A stretch of DNA of 64,000 nucleotides, taken from positions 57,051 to 121,050 of the forward strand of contig MHTK01000006.1 in NCBI GenBank assembly GCA_001824825.1. Direction: 5' to 3'. The DNA is from Candidatus Vogelbacteria bacterium RIFOXYD1_FULL_46_19. GTDB taxonomy: Bacteria > Patescibacteriota > Minisyncoccia > Phycocordibacterales > XYD1-FULL-46-19. Shown in pieces: positions 20,478 through 29,124 of the stretch. Made by a program: the position numbers and the translations under genes. The first letter of the stretch is position 1. Every line of letters starts with the position of its first letter. The notes beneath the pieces were generated by a model, which did not search any database, was not told the DNA's origin, and worked only from the letters and a program-made list of their open reading frames with translations.

Positions 20478-21002
20478 GTGTTGAATAAAAATATACGTTT
20501 TATGTTGATGGCGCTTGGCTTGGTGGTAGTATTTTTCGTGATAGTTATAGCAAGCATTGCCATCTTAAAAGGCAGTGCTTCGCTCATCTTCCGCGATGAA
20601 AAGGGGACGGCTCTACCTTCTCAACCTTCCTCCCCAGGTACCGTTGAGGTCGTCGCGATCGACGAATGCTTCCCAAAGTATCAGGTAGGGGATGTTATCA
20701 ATTTCCACCTACAAGTGCCCGAGGAAGCGTCCCCTGTGACCATTGTCGTCCAGTCACCAGATGCATCGAGGATTGAGTTTACCCTCGAGCAAAATGGCAA
20801 CGTCAATGTCCAGAAAGAACTTTCCGGCGCATCAGGCGAAAGTTGGCGCGTGTTTCCTCGGACACCCGACCGGCAAACCACCCTCCTGCAAAAGGAGATG
20901 CCCAGCCGGATCGGAAAGGACGATAACCCGGTACGTTTTCTCATCACCGATGCTAACGGCGCCTCCTATGAGCCGCCACCCATCGCGGTAACAGTAGATT
21001 AG
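20478..21002 (+). CDS. Orphan single-TM protein
   Basis: GTG start with SD AAAGGAGGT; N-terminal TM; promoter TTTACA-17-TATTAT near 20405; own terminator. Confidence 0.7.
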   Translation: MLNKNIRFMLMALGLVVVFFVIVIASIAILKGSASLIFRDEKGTALPSQPSSPGTVEVVAIDECFPKYQVGDVINFHLQVPEEASPVTIVVQSPDASRIEFTLEQNGNVNVQKELSGASGESWRVFPRTPDRQTTLLQKEMPSRIGKDDNPVRFLITDANGASYEPPPIAVTVD

Positions 21003-21017
21003 TATCGTTTGAGTTCC

Positions 21018-21054
21018 CGGCCCGGAAGCACTTTGCTTCCGGGCCGCTTTTTTT
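21018..21054 (+). terminator. Intrinsic terminator
   Basis: CGGCCCGGAAGCA-ctt-TGCTTCCGGGCCG followed by a T run. Confidence 0.88.
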
Positions 21055-21073
21055 CTCTATCAATTATAATTAG

Positions 21074-21101
21074 TTGACACTTTCAGCTCATGTGCTATGA
21101 A
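21074..21101 (+). promoter_or_regulatory. Sigma70-type promoter
   Basis: TTGACA-16-TATGAA with extended -10 TG. Confidence 0.55.
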
Positions 21102-21107
21102 TTAAAT

Positions 21108-21271
21108 ATGATTCAGTGTTACCACAAATCAATTAAAGCCTCTATGACCGTCCTTACTGACGGCCGTTTTAGACTTTTTTCTGACTGTGGTAGTTCTAAT
21201 AACTAAATAGTTATAGCAACAACCTAGAAACACCTCAGTCGGACGAAAGTACCACTGTGGTGTTTTTGTTT
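21108..21271 (+). promoter_or_regulatory. Putative attenuator: 32-aa uORF (21108-21206) plus alternative hairpins and terminator
   Basis: uORF starts at the predicted TSS; terminator-like hairpin 21228-21265 + TTGTTT; 21181-21191 can pair with either 21120-21126 or 21232-21242. Confidence 0.5.
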
Positions 21272-21310
21272 AGACGATAACCTAGGTCTTTGATAATGAA
21301 AGGAAAATTT

Positions 21311-21868
21311 ATGAGTACAGTAAAGAGGGTATTGTACATGGTGGGTGATAAAGTATCGCTCGGAATATTGGTTCCCGAGGACGCCGAGCGCCTCGCCCAC
21401 TGGGTCAACCAAGCGGAGCTGCGGCAATTCCTTAGTATCTACTTGCCGATGTCCCCGGGTCAGGAACGAGAGTGGATCGAGAACTTGCCCAAACGTCAGC
21501 CGAATGACTTTGTGTTTGCCATTGTGAAAAACGACGATCATCATACTCACATTGGAAACATTGGTTTACATCGCATCAACTATAAAGACCGTCGCTGTAG
21601 CGCGGGGATCTTTATCGGTGATCAAGCTGAGCGGGAAAACGGCCAAGGACGTGAAGTCGCCAAACTCCTAAAAATCTTTGCCTTCGATACGTTGAATCTC
21701 CGCAAGATCCAGCACGAAGCTATCGCCGCTAACCAGCGCAGTATTGCGCTCGCGAAATCGTTGGGAGGGATTGAAGAAGGTGTCTTCAAGGATCACTTTT
21801 ACATTGACGGCAAGTATCACGATGTCGTTTCTTATGCGATCTTCAAGTCCGGGTTAAAACCTCGGTAA
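21311..21868 (+). CDS. GNAT N-acetyltransferase, RimJ/RimL/SpeG-like
   Basis: HIGNIGL, AGIFIGD..RENGQG, AFDTLNLRKI, NQRSI, DGKYHD. Confidence 0.88.
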   Translation: MSTVKRVLYMVGDKVSLGILVPEDAERLAHWVNQAELRQFLSIYLPMSPGQEREWIENLPKRQPNDFVFAIVKNDDHHTHIGNIGLHRINYKDRRCSAGIFIGDQAERENGQGREVAKLLKIFAFDTLNLRKIQHEAIAANQRSIALAKSLGGIEEGVFKDHFYIDGKYHDVVSYAIFKSGLKPR

Positions 21869-21881
21869 CACCCTCGAAGCT

Positions 21882-21920
21882 AGCCCCTCTCACAGACATA
21901 TGCCTGTGAGAGGGGCTTTT
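21882..21920 (+). terminator. Intrinsic terminator
   Basis: AGCCCCTCTCACAG...CTGTGAGAGGGGCT-TTT. Confidence 0.85.
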
Positions 21921-21954
21921 ATAATCTTTAAGGCTAAGGTATAATTTGAAAATC

Positions 21955-22920
21955 ATGCCTAAAAAAATCCTTCTCTCGGGCATCAAGCCTACGGGCCGAC
22001 CTCATATTGGCAACTTCTTTGGAGCGATGAAGCAATTTGTCGACTTTCAAGACGAGTATGAATCTTATATTTTCATCCCAGACTACCACGCCCTAACCTC
22101 GGTCCAAGACCGGGAGAAAATGGCTAGCTATACCTTAGACCTAGCTATTGGCCTCCTAGCTATTGGCCTAGACCCCGCTAAAATCACTTTATTTAAACAA
22201 TCAGATGTTCCAGAAGTGACCGAACTCACTTGGATTTTCAATTGTCTCACTACTATGCCTTACCTTATGCGCGCCCACGCTTTCAAGGATGCCGAGGCCA
22301 AAAACAAAGAAATTAATGTCGGAGTGTTTGATTACCCAATGCTAATGGCCGCCGACATTTTAATTCAAGATGCCGACATCGTACCCGTGGGCCAAGACCA
22401 AAAACAACACGTGGAAATTGCCCGCGATACGGCTGAAAAGTTTAATCGCACTTTTGGCGAAACTTTTAAACTACCCTCAAGTTTCATTCAACCAGAGGTA
22501 TCAGTGGTACCCGGTATCGACGGTCGCAAGATGAGCAAAAGCTACAATAACCATATTCCGCTCTTTGCGGGTGACGACGAGGTTAAATCCCTAGTAGCCA
22601 AAATAGTCACCGACTCCAAAACTCCAGACGAACCGAAAGACCCGGCTACCGACAATGTCTTTGCCCTACACCGCTTGTTTAGTGAGGACCAAATTGAAGA
22701 CCTAACCAGTCGTTATCAAGCTGGCACGATCGGCTACAAAGAATCTAAAGATATTTTAGCCGCTAATATTATTAAATTTATTACCCCTCTACGTACCAAG
22801 CGTGAGGCCATTGCCGGCGACACTGCTCACGTTCAAGCCATCCTCACCGAAGGTGGTAAGCGCGCCCGCGAGCACGCCAGCTGCAAGATGGCCGACGTCC
22901 GCCAAAAACTCGGCCTCTAA
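21955..22920 (+). CDS. trpS: Tryptophan--tRNA ligase
   Basis: SGIKPTGRPHIGN, YPMLMAADIL, VPVGQDQKQH, KMSKS. Confidence 0.97.
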   Translation: MPKKILLSGIKPTGRPHIGNFFGAMKQFVDFQDEYESYIFIPDYHALTSVQDREKMASYTLDLAIGLLAIGLDPAKITLFKQSDVPEVTELTWIFNCLTTMPYLMRAHAFKDAEAKNKEINVGVFDYPMLMAADILIQDADIVPVGQDQKQHVEIARDTAEKFNRTFGETFKLPSSFIQPEVSVVPGIDGRKMSKSYNNHIPLFAGDDEVKSLVAKIVTDSKTPDEPKDPATDNVFALHRLFSEDQIEDLTSRYQAGTIGYKESKDILAANIIKFITPLRTKREAIAGDTAHVQAILTEGGKRAREHASCKMADVRQKLGL

Positions 22921-22928
22921 TCTTTTTC

Positions 22929-24716
22929 ATGGCTTCCAAATTAAAAAGTCACCATTTTAAAATTGGACTGGTTGTTATTCTAAATTTTCTCAAAGACAAG
23001 CGAAAAGAATCGTTGTTTATTTTAGGGTTGGGTCTCTTGTCGGCCATAGGTAATGGTGTAGTACCTTATATTACCGGTCGGCTGTTTGATAAAATCTTAG
23101 CCCCGGACGAAACACTACTCCTGGCTGGTTATCAATTTCCGCTCTACCTGGTCTTACTGGTCACCCTAGCTCTCATCCAACTAGTCTTGATTGTGGTGGA
23201 ACATCGTAAATACCTTCTGCAATCAGCTTTTGGCTTCGACGGCCGATTTAGCTACCAAAGCGCCGCCTATGCCAAATTGCTAGAGCTCCCGGTTTCCTTT
23301 CACAAGAAGCGCAAAATAGGGGATATTACGACCAAAATTAATAGTGCCGGTATGGGAGTAGAGGTAATCACCGAACGCCTCTTAGGGGGCTTGGGACCTG
23401 AATTTTTGTCGGTCATCGTTGCTATTTTCTTTCTCCTTACCATTAACCCCGTCGTCGCTTTAGTGTCTTTTCTCGCTGTGGGGTTATACGTCATCATTGC
23501 TTACTTTTTTATTAAAGATAGTGCTAGTTTTCAAACCAAACTAATTAGAGGGTGGGGCCGAGCTTACGGCGATGTCCACGATGTGGTCAATAACATCCAT
23601 ACAGTAAAACAATCTGTGACCGAAACCTATGAACAGAAACGCCTCGGTCAGATTTTCAAGAAATTTATTTTACCTCACTGGCTAGGTATGGATATAATTT
23701 GGCAGACCTTAAACACTATTAAGGGTTTACTGGTTATTACTTTACAAATTATTGTCTTTATCTGGTCCATTAGGTTAGTGCTCGCCGGCACGATTACGAT
23801 TGGGGAGCTGATCGCCTTCAATAGCTACTTGGCCATGTTATTTGCTCCTTTCACCACCCTGATGAATATGTGGCGTATAATTCAAAATGGTTTGCTGGAT
23901 ATTGCCGCTGTTGAAAAGATCCTGGCTCTACTACCGGAAAACTACCACCCAGCCAACCAGGTGCCCTTAGAGGCTATTCGCGGACAAATTGCCTTTCAAG
24001 ATGTCAGCTACTACTATGAGAAAGACAAACCGGTGTTAAAGAAAATTAGTTTTGAAGTGCCGGCCGGGCAAGTGGTGGCGCTGGTAGGGGAATCAGGGGT
24101 GGGTAAAAGTACGCTGATCGATTTATTATCTGCTTACGACTTTCCACGCCAAGGTAAAATCCTAATCGACGGCCATAATATTAAATCATTAGATATAAAA
24201 TTTCTGCGTTCAAAAATTGCCGTGGTGCCTCAAGAAGTGGTACTGTTTAATGATACAGTAAAAAAGAACATTGCTTACGGGAATTTTAAAGCCACGGAAG
24301 AGGAAATTGCCACCGCCGCTAAAAATGCTCATGCTTATGACTTCATTCAAAAATTCCCAAAGAAGTGGAAACAAATTGTCGGAGAGCGGGGTGTCAAACT
24401 ATCAGTGGGCCAAAAACAGCGTATTGCTATAGCTAGAGCGATTTTACGCAATCCCTCTATTTTAATCCTAGACGAACCCACTTCCGCCCTCGATGCCAAG
24501 TCGGAACGAATCATTCAGGAGTCATTAAATAAGCTAATGTCTGGTCGCACTACCTTTATTGTAGCTCATCGTTTATCGACTGTCCGCCAAGCTAATTTAA
24601 TTCTGGTCTTCGATGAAGGCCAGATTGTTGAACGCGGTACCCATGATGAACTAATCAACCTAACTGGTGGCCGCTACCGCGAGCTGTACGAACTCCAAAT
24701 CGGCTTGCATCAGTAA
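22929..24716 (+). CDS. ABC exporter, fused permease/ATPase (MsbA/Sav1866-like)
   Basis: Six-TM N-terminal half; Walker A GESGVGKST, LSVGQKQR, ILILDEPTSALD, AHRLST. Confidence 0.93.
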   Translation: MASKLKSHHFKIGLVVILNFLKDKRKESLFILGLGLLSAIGNGVVPYITGRLFDKILAPDETLLLAGYQFPLYLVLLVTLALIQLVLIVVEHRKYLLQSAFGFDGRFSYQSAAYAKLLELPVSFHKKRKIGDITTKINSAGMGVEVITERLLGGLGPEFLSVIVAIFFLLTINPVVALVSFLAVGLYVIIAYFFIKDSASFQTKLIRGWGRAYGDVHDVVNNIHTVKQSVTETYEQKRLGQIFKKFILPHWLGMDIIWQTLNTIKGLLVITLQIIVFIWSIRLVLAGTITIGELIAFNSYLAMLFAPFTTLMNMWRIIQNGLLDIAAVEKILALLPENYHPANQVPLEAIRGQIAFQDVSYYYEKDKPVLKKISFEVPAGQVVALVGESGVGKSTLIDLLSAYDFPRQGKILIDGHNIKSLDIKFLRSKIAVVPQEVVLFNDTVKKNIAYGNFKATEEEIATAAKNAHAYDFIQKFPKKWKQIVGERGVKLSVGQKQRIAIARAILRNPSILILDEPTSALDAKSERIIQESLNKLMSGRTTFIVAHRLSTVRQANLILVFDEGQIVERGTHDELINLTGGRYRELYELQIGLHQ

Positions 24717-24784
24717 GTATCAAGAGAAATTGCTTCTACATAAACTAAGCTTATGTGAGGTAGTAGTTGTGGTATAATATAGTG

Positions 24785-25035
24785 GGCTTGTGGCTTTAAA
24801 GAAAAGTGTTATAGTGAGTAAGTAAGCCTGTGATCCGGCCGACACCGGGGAGGCGAGGGAAGAACCGGTTAGGGAAGCTTTAAGGCGGACTGCGGGTCGC
24901 CTACGAAATAAGCTTCGGCGGACCACAGTAGAACCCTCAAGGAGTAATCAAGATATAAACCAGGGTGGCACCGCGGCCTCGAAACCGCCCCTGCGAATTT
25001 ATTATTTACTAAATAAATTCGGAGGGGCGTTTTTG
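24785..25035 (+). ncRNA. T-box riboswitch leader of aspS
   Basis: T-box AACCAGGGTGGCACCGCG; antiterminator CAGGG-TGGCACC-GCGG..CCGC-CCCTG (24961-24993); overlapping terminator 24986-25034; extended -10 TGGTATAAT at 24770-24778. Confidence 0.88.
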
Positions 25036-25055
25036 TATCCCTTCGACAAAATATT

Positions 25056-26384
25056 ATGGAACGAACTTATATTAAAGATCTTAAAAAAAAAGTCGGGGCA
25101 GAGGTTTTACTAAAAGGCTGGGTCGACATCAGACGTGACCACGGTAAACTAATTTTTATTGATCTGCGGGACGTCTCCGGACAAGTGCAGATGGTAGTCT
25201 TGCCCAACCACACCGAGGCTCACACGGCAGCGGAAGCCATCCGGCCCGAGTGGGTGGTAGAGGTGACTGGCACTGTTAACCAAAGGCCAGAAAAAATGGT
25301 GAAAGCCGGTGTCTTAAATGGAGATTTGGAATTGGAAGTCACCGGAATTACGGTTGTAGGTACAGCTAAAGAATTACCATTTGAAAAAGAAGCCGATCTA
25401 AACTTTGACACTTATTTAGATCACTTACCCTTAACTCTAAGAACTGAAAGGTCTAAAAGTATTTTTCGCATTCAAGCTTCAATTATTCAGGCTTTTAGGG
25501 AATATTTAGTGGCTCAAAATTTTACAGAGATTCAAGCTCCTAAACTCATTGGTGATGACGCGGAAGGGGGAGCCAACTCCTTCAATATTGAATATTTTGG
25601 CCACACTGCTCACTTAGCTCAAAGTCCTCAGTTTTATAAACAAATTATGGTTGGTATCTTTGAAAAAGTTTTTACCACCGGAAACGTTTATCGAGCAGAA
25701 AAACACAGCACAACCCGCCACTTAAATGAATACACCAGCTTGGACCTGGAAATGGGGTTCATAGACTCCTTCAGGGATATTTGCTCTACAGAGAATAAAC
25801 TACTAGCTCATATTATGAAGAAACTCTCGGAGACCCGAAGTGAAGACTTTAAAGCCCTCGGCTCAACAATCCCCACAGTTCCAGACTCCATTCCAACTCT
25901 TAAACTCAGGGAGGCCCAAGCCATAATAAAGAAGGAATTCGGTGAAGATTGTTCTAATGAACCCGACCTTGAACCACAACACGAAAGGTGGATTTGTGAG
26001 TATGCTAAAAAAACTTGGGACTCCGATTTCATTTTTATCACTCACTTTCCACTATCCAAACGTCCGATGTATACCTACGAAGACCCAGCTGACCCAGGTT
26101 ATGCAGCCGGATTTGACCTTCTGTTTAGAGGAATTGAAATTACGACCGGCGGCCAACGTATTCACGACTATGATAATCTGGTGACCGCTATTAAAGGAAA
26201 GGGCTTGGAACCAGAAAAGTTCTCTTATTACCTCCAAGCCTTTAAATTTGGAATGCCTCCTCATGGTGGACTAGGTTTAGGGCTAGAGCGTCTAACAGCC
26301 AAGCTGATTGGATTAGACAATGTTAAAGAAGCAACCTTATTTCCCCGAGATCTAAATCGAATAGATAATCTATTATCTAAATAG
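25056..26384 (+). CDS. aspS: Aspartate--tRNA(Asp/Asn) ligase, short archaeal-type / non-discriminating form
   Basis: 442 aa with no GAD insertion; LAQSPQFYKQ, YRAEKHSTTRHLNEY, GGQRIH, PPHGGLGLGLER, LFPRD. Confidence 0.93.
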   Translation: MERTYIKDLKKKVGAEVLLKGWVDIRRDHGKLIFIDLRDVSGQVQMVVLPNHTEAHTAAEAIRPEWVVEVTGTVNQRPEKMVKAGVLNGDLELEVTGITVVGTAKELPFEKEADLNFDTYLDHLPLTLRTERSKSIFRIQASIIQAFREYLVAQNFTEIQAPKLIGDDAEGGANSFNIEYFGHTAHLAQSPQFYKQIMVGIFEKVFTTGNVYRAEKHSTTRHLNEYTSLDLEMGFIDSFRDICSTENKLLAHIMKKLSETRSEDFKALGSTIPTVPDSIPTLKLREAQAIIKKEFGEDCSNEPDLEPQHERWICEYAKKTWDSDFIFITHFPLSKRPMYTYEDPADPGYAAGFDLLFRGIEITTGGQRIHDYDNLVTAIKGKGLEPEKFSYYLQAFKFGMPPHGGLGLGLERLTAKLIGLDNVKEATLFPRDLNRIDNLLSK

Positions 26385-26416
26385 GTTTAATTAATTGGCA
26401 ACAATTCGTCGGTTTA

Positions 26417-26525
26417 GTAATAATAGCTTTCCCGAAAACCGGGGGGGGGCTTAATGATGGACTCGCCGGCCCCCGTCAAAGTTGAACAGTTAACGGAACT
26501 TGGGCTAAAAATTGATCGAAAATAA
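26417..26525 (+). pseudogene. Frameshifted C-terminal remnant of a bacterial-type aspartyl-tRNA synthetase
   Basis: Manual translation VIIAFPKTGGG / LMMDSPAPVKVEQLTELGLKIDRK* matches the bacterial AspRS tail pattern (IAFPKT..LM..P..V...QL.ELGL). Confidence 0.7.
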
Positions 26526-26564
26526 GTCTACTCGGCTCCTGGATTGGATCCTCTAGTTCATCTA

Positions 26565-26592
26565 TTGACAAATTCTACCTGTTTGTTATAAT
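26565..26592 (+). promoter_or_regulatory. Strong sigma70 promoter with no downstream ORF
   Basis: TTGACA-16-TATAAT with extended -10 TG. Confidence 0.8.
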
Positions 26593-26598
26593 CTAAAT

Positions 26599-26836
26599 AG
26601 ATAGTTATTATTACTGACAAGCGGTCGGACGGGCTCATCCATTCCCATTCATCCTTTTTCGTCTGTTTTTTCCGTCCGACCGCCGTCAGTTTATGGCATT
26701 TAAGCCCTCCTCAGCGACTCAACCAGTCCGTACCCAAGCCAAAGGGTCGAGTCGCTTCACTAAAGGCCCTAGTAGTTGTGGAATGACTCCCTTACCCCGA
26801 GTCAACCCACGCCGTACTCTAGGGCCTTTTCTTTTT
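26599..26836 (+). ncRNA. Putative stand-alone sRNA with three hairpins and C/U-rich loops
   Basis: Consensus promoter; hairpins 26613-26690, 26713-26756, 26762-26830; terminal T run; scpA has its own promoter downstream. Confidence 0.65.
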
Positions 26837-26874
26837 GTCTAAAGGCTATAAAAAAGCTATATTACTAAGTAACT

Positions 26875-27603
26875 ATGAGCGAAAAATTTTCTACTAGAAT
26901 TGGAGACTTCGAGGGGCCACTGGATCTCTTACTTCAACTGATTGAAAAAAACCAACTACACATCAGCCAAGTCAGTATTGCCCAAGTGGCGGACGACTAT
27001 ATCGCCTATATCACGAACCTGTCTAATTTGCCCAAACGCGAAGCGGCAGATTTCTTAGTGATTGCTTCCACTTTAATGCTGATAAAATCAGCTTCACTTT
27101 TACCTAGTCTAAACTTGCTACCAGAAGAAGAGAGGGGCGCAGAAGAATTAGAACTCAGGCTCAAACTATACCAACAAATGCAAACAGCCAGTTTGGATAT
27201 TAAACAGTTGTTTGACCATCAACCCGTTTTCTGGCCGCTACCGCGACGGAACTATGAGCCAGTTTTTGCTCCCAGTGCGGAACTCGTAGTTGATAATCTG
27301 ACAAATGTAATTTTAAAATTACTAGCCGCTTTACCTAAGATAAGCAATCTACCCCAAATTGCGGTCAAAAGGGTCATCAGTCTACAGGAAGCGATGGAAA
27401 AATTAATTCAAAGAATTGAAAGAGCTTTATCACTTAAGTTCAACGATTTTGCTCCCCGTAATCGAGCCGAAAAAGTAAACATTATTGTCAGCTTTTTGGG
27501 TATGCTAGAACTGGTAAAACAGGGAATGATCGAGGTTAACCAAAACGCTCATTTTGAAGACATTGATATGCAGAGTCTAAACCCCACTTTGCCTCGATAC
27601 TAA
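26875..27603 (+). CDS. scpA: Segregation and condensation protein A
   Basis: FEGPLDLLLQLI, FLVIASTLMLIKS, FLGMLELVK. Confidence 0.95.
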   Translation: MSEKFSTRIGDFEGPLDLLLQLIEKNQLHISQVSIAQVADDYIAYITNLSNLPKREAADFLVIASTLMLIKSASLLPSLNLLPEEERGAEELELRLKLYQQMQTASLDIKQLFDHQPVFWPLPRRNYEPVFAPSAELVVDNLTNVILKLLAALPKISNLPQIAVKRVISLQEAMEKLIQRIERALSLKFNDFAPRNRAEKVNIIVSFLGMLELVKQGMIEVNQNAHFEDIDMQSLNPTLPRY

Positions 27604-27660
27604 ACTTTTAGTCCAATTTGTCAAAAGAGTCTTAAAAACGTATAATTTACCCACCTCGAC

Positions 27661-28203
27661 ATGGAGCTCGCCCCCAAAATTGAAGCTATTCTTTTTTACA
27701 AAGCCGAGCCGGTTAGCTTGTCTTGGTTAACCAAGATCCTGGAGGTTAAGCTCGAGGAAATAGAGGTGGCTTTGATTAGTTTAGAATCAGATCTTACTGC
27801 CCGTGGTCTACAACTAGTTCGACATAATGAGAACGTGGCTTTAGGAACAGCTTCCGCCACTAGCGACCTGATAAGTAAAATTACGCAAGAGGAGCTATCG
27901 AAAGATTTGGGTCGAGCCGGTTTGGAAACTCTGACCATTGTGCTTTATCGTGCTCCAATAGCCCGCAGTGAAATCGATTATATTCGAGGAGTCAACTCCA
28001 GTTTCATTTTACGGAATCTAATGATTCGCGGTTTGGTGGAAAGAAAACCCAATCCAAACGACAGTCGCAGTTTCGTCTACCAGCCCACTTTAGACTTACT
28101 CGCTCACCTAGGACTTACTCGGATCGAGGAGTTACCTAATTTTGATAAAGTCCAAGCCGAAATTAAACAATTTTTTACTGACAAAGAAAAAAATGATGAC
28201 TAA
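27661..28203 (+). CDS. scpB: Segregation and condensation protein B
   Basis: IEAILF, LETLTIVLY, EIDYIRGVNS. Confidence 0.95.
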   Translation: MELAPKIEAILFYKAEPVSLSWLTKILEVKLEEIEVALISLESDLTARGLQLVRHNENVALGTASATSDLISKITQEELSKDLGRAGLETLTIVLYRAPIARSEIDYIRGVNSSFILRNLMIRGLVERKPNPNDSRSFVYQPTLDLLAHLGLTRIEELPNFDKVQAEIKQFFTDKEKNDD

Positions 28204-29113
28204 CCCAAAAATCTACCTCCGACTAATTGCCCTCGGAACCAGCACGCTGATTGTAGTTTTTACCTTCTTGTGGTTACCTTCCTGGCCAGCCGTTTCCCCA
28301 CCAGTAGTGGCCGCTGAAACTGCTCCGGTAAAAACTGATCCGGCCGCCTTTTTTGCTAATCTTAATTTAGAAGCGAAAGCGGTCATGGTTTGGGATGTCG
28401 AAAATCGGCAAGTTTTATATGAGAGTAACGCTGACCAGCAGTTACCCCTAGCTTCAATTACTAAAATTATGACGGCCTTAGTAGCGGCCGATATTTTTGC
28501 TGACAGTGATTTAATTACCATTAGTCCGAGTGCTTTGGCTGGGGGTAGTAACGCTGGCTTACTAGAAGGGGATACTTGGACTTTCAAAGATCTAATAGAC
28601 TATAAATTAACTACGTCCTCCAACGGAGCCTCCAGTGCCATCGCCGAAGCAGCTAATCAAAAAACAAATAACGACTTTATAACCCGCATGAATAGTACTG
28701 CCTCCACCTTAGGTTTAGACAAAACCTATTTTATTAACGCCACCGGCCTAGACGTGGGCGAGCTTTACGGTGGATCTTATGGTAGTGCCCGAGACATAGC
28801 CATCCTCTTGTCTCACATCATTACCAGAAAACCGGACTTGATGACGGCCACTACCAAAAGCTCAATCAACCGAACTTCCCAAAGTGGACGAACTTATACC
28901 GGGAAAAACACCAATGATATCCTCAACCAAATACCAGGCTTACTGGCCTCTAAAACCGGTTATACTCTAGCGGCTGGCGGCAATTTGGCTATCGCCTTCG
29001 ATGCCGGCTTACGCCAACCGGTCGTCATTGTAGTTTTAGGCTCCAGCTTAGATGGGCGCTTTAGAGATGTGTTGAAACTAACTGGAGCCACTTTTAATTA
29101 TTTTTCTAATTAG
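28193..29113 (+). CDS. D-alanyl-D-alanine carboxypeptidase (peptidase S11)
   Basis: SxxK (ASITK), SSN, KTGYT motifs. Confidence 0.9.
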   Translation: MMTNPKIYLRLIALGTSTLIVVFTFLWLPSWPAVSPPVVAAETAPVKTDPAAFFANLNLEAKAVMVWDVENRQVLYESNADQQLPLASITKIMTALVAADIFADSDLITISPSALAGGSNAGLLEGDTWTFKDLIDYKLTTSSNGASSAIAEAANQKTNNDFITRMNSTASTLGLDKTYFINATGLDVGELYGGSYGSARDIAILLSHIITRKPDLMTATTKSSINRTSQSGRTYTGKNTNDILNQIPGLLASKTGYTLAAGGNLAIAFDAGLRQPVVIVVLGSSLDGRFRDVLKLTGATFNYFSN

Positions 29114-29124
29114 AAATTAAAACC

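Noticed and set aside
21150-21260. Hammerhead ribozyme (CGAAA present)
   Set aside because: No CUGANGA core; only CTGACGG and CTGACTG occur.
26441-26449. G9 tract as a phase-variation switch
   Set aside because: It lies within a start-less pseudogene fragment, so there is no gene to switch.
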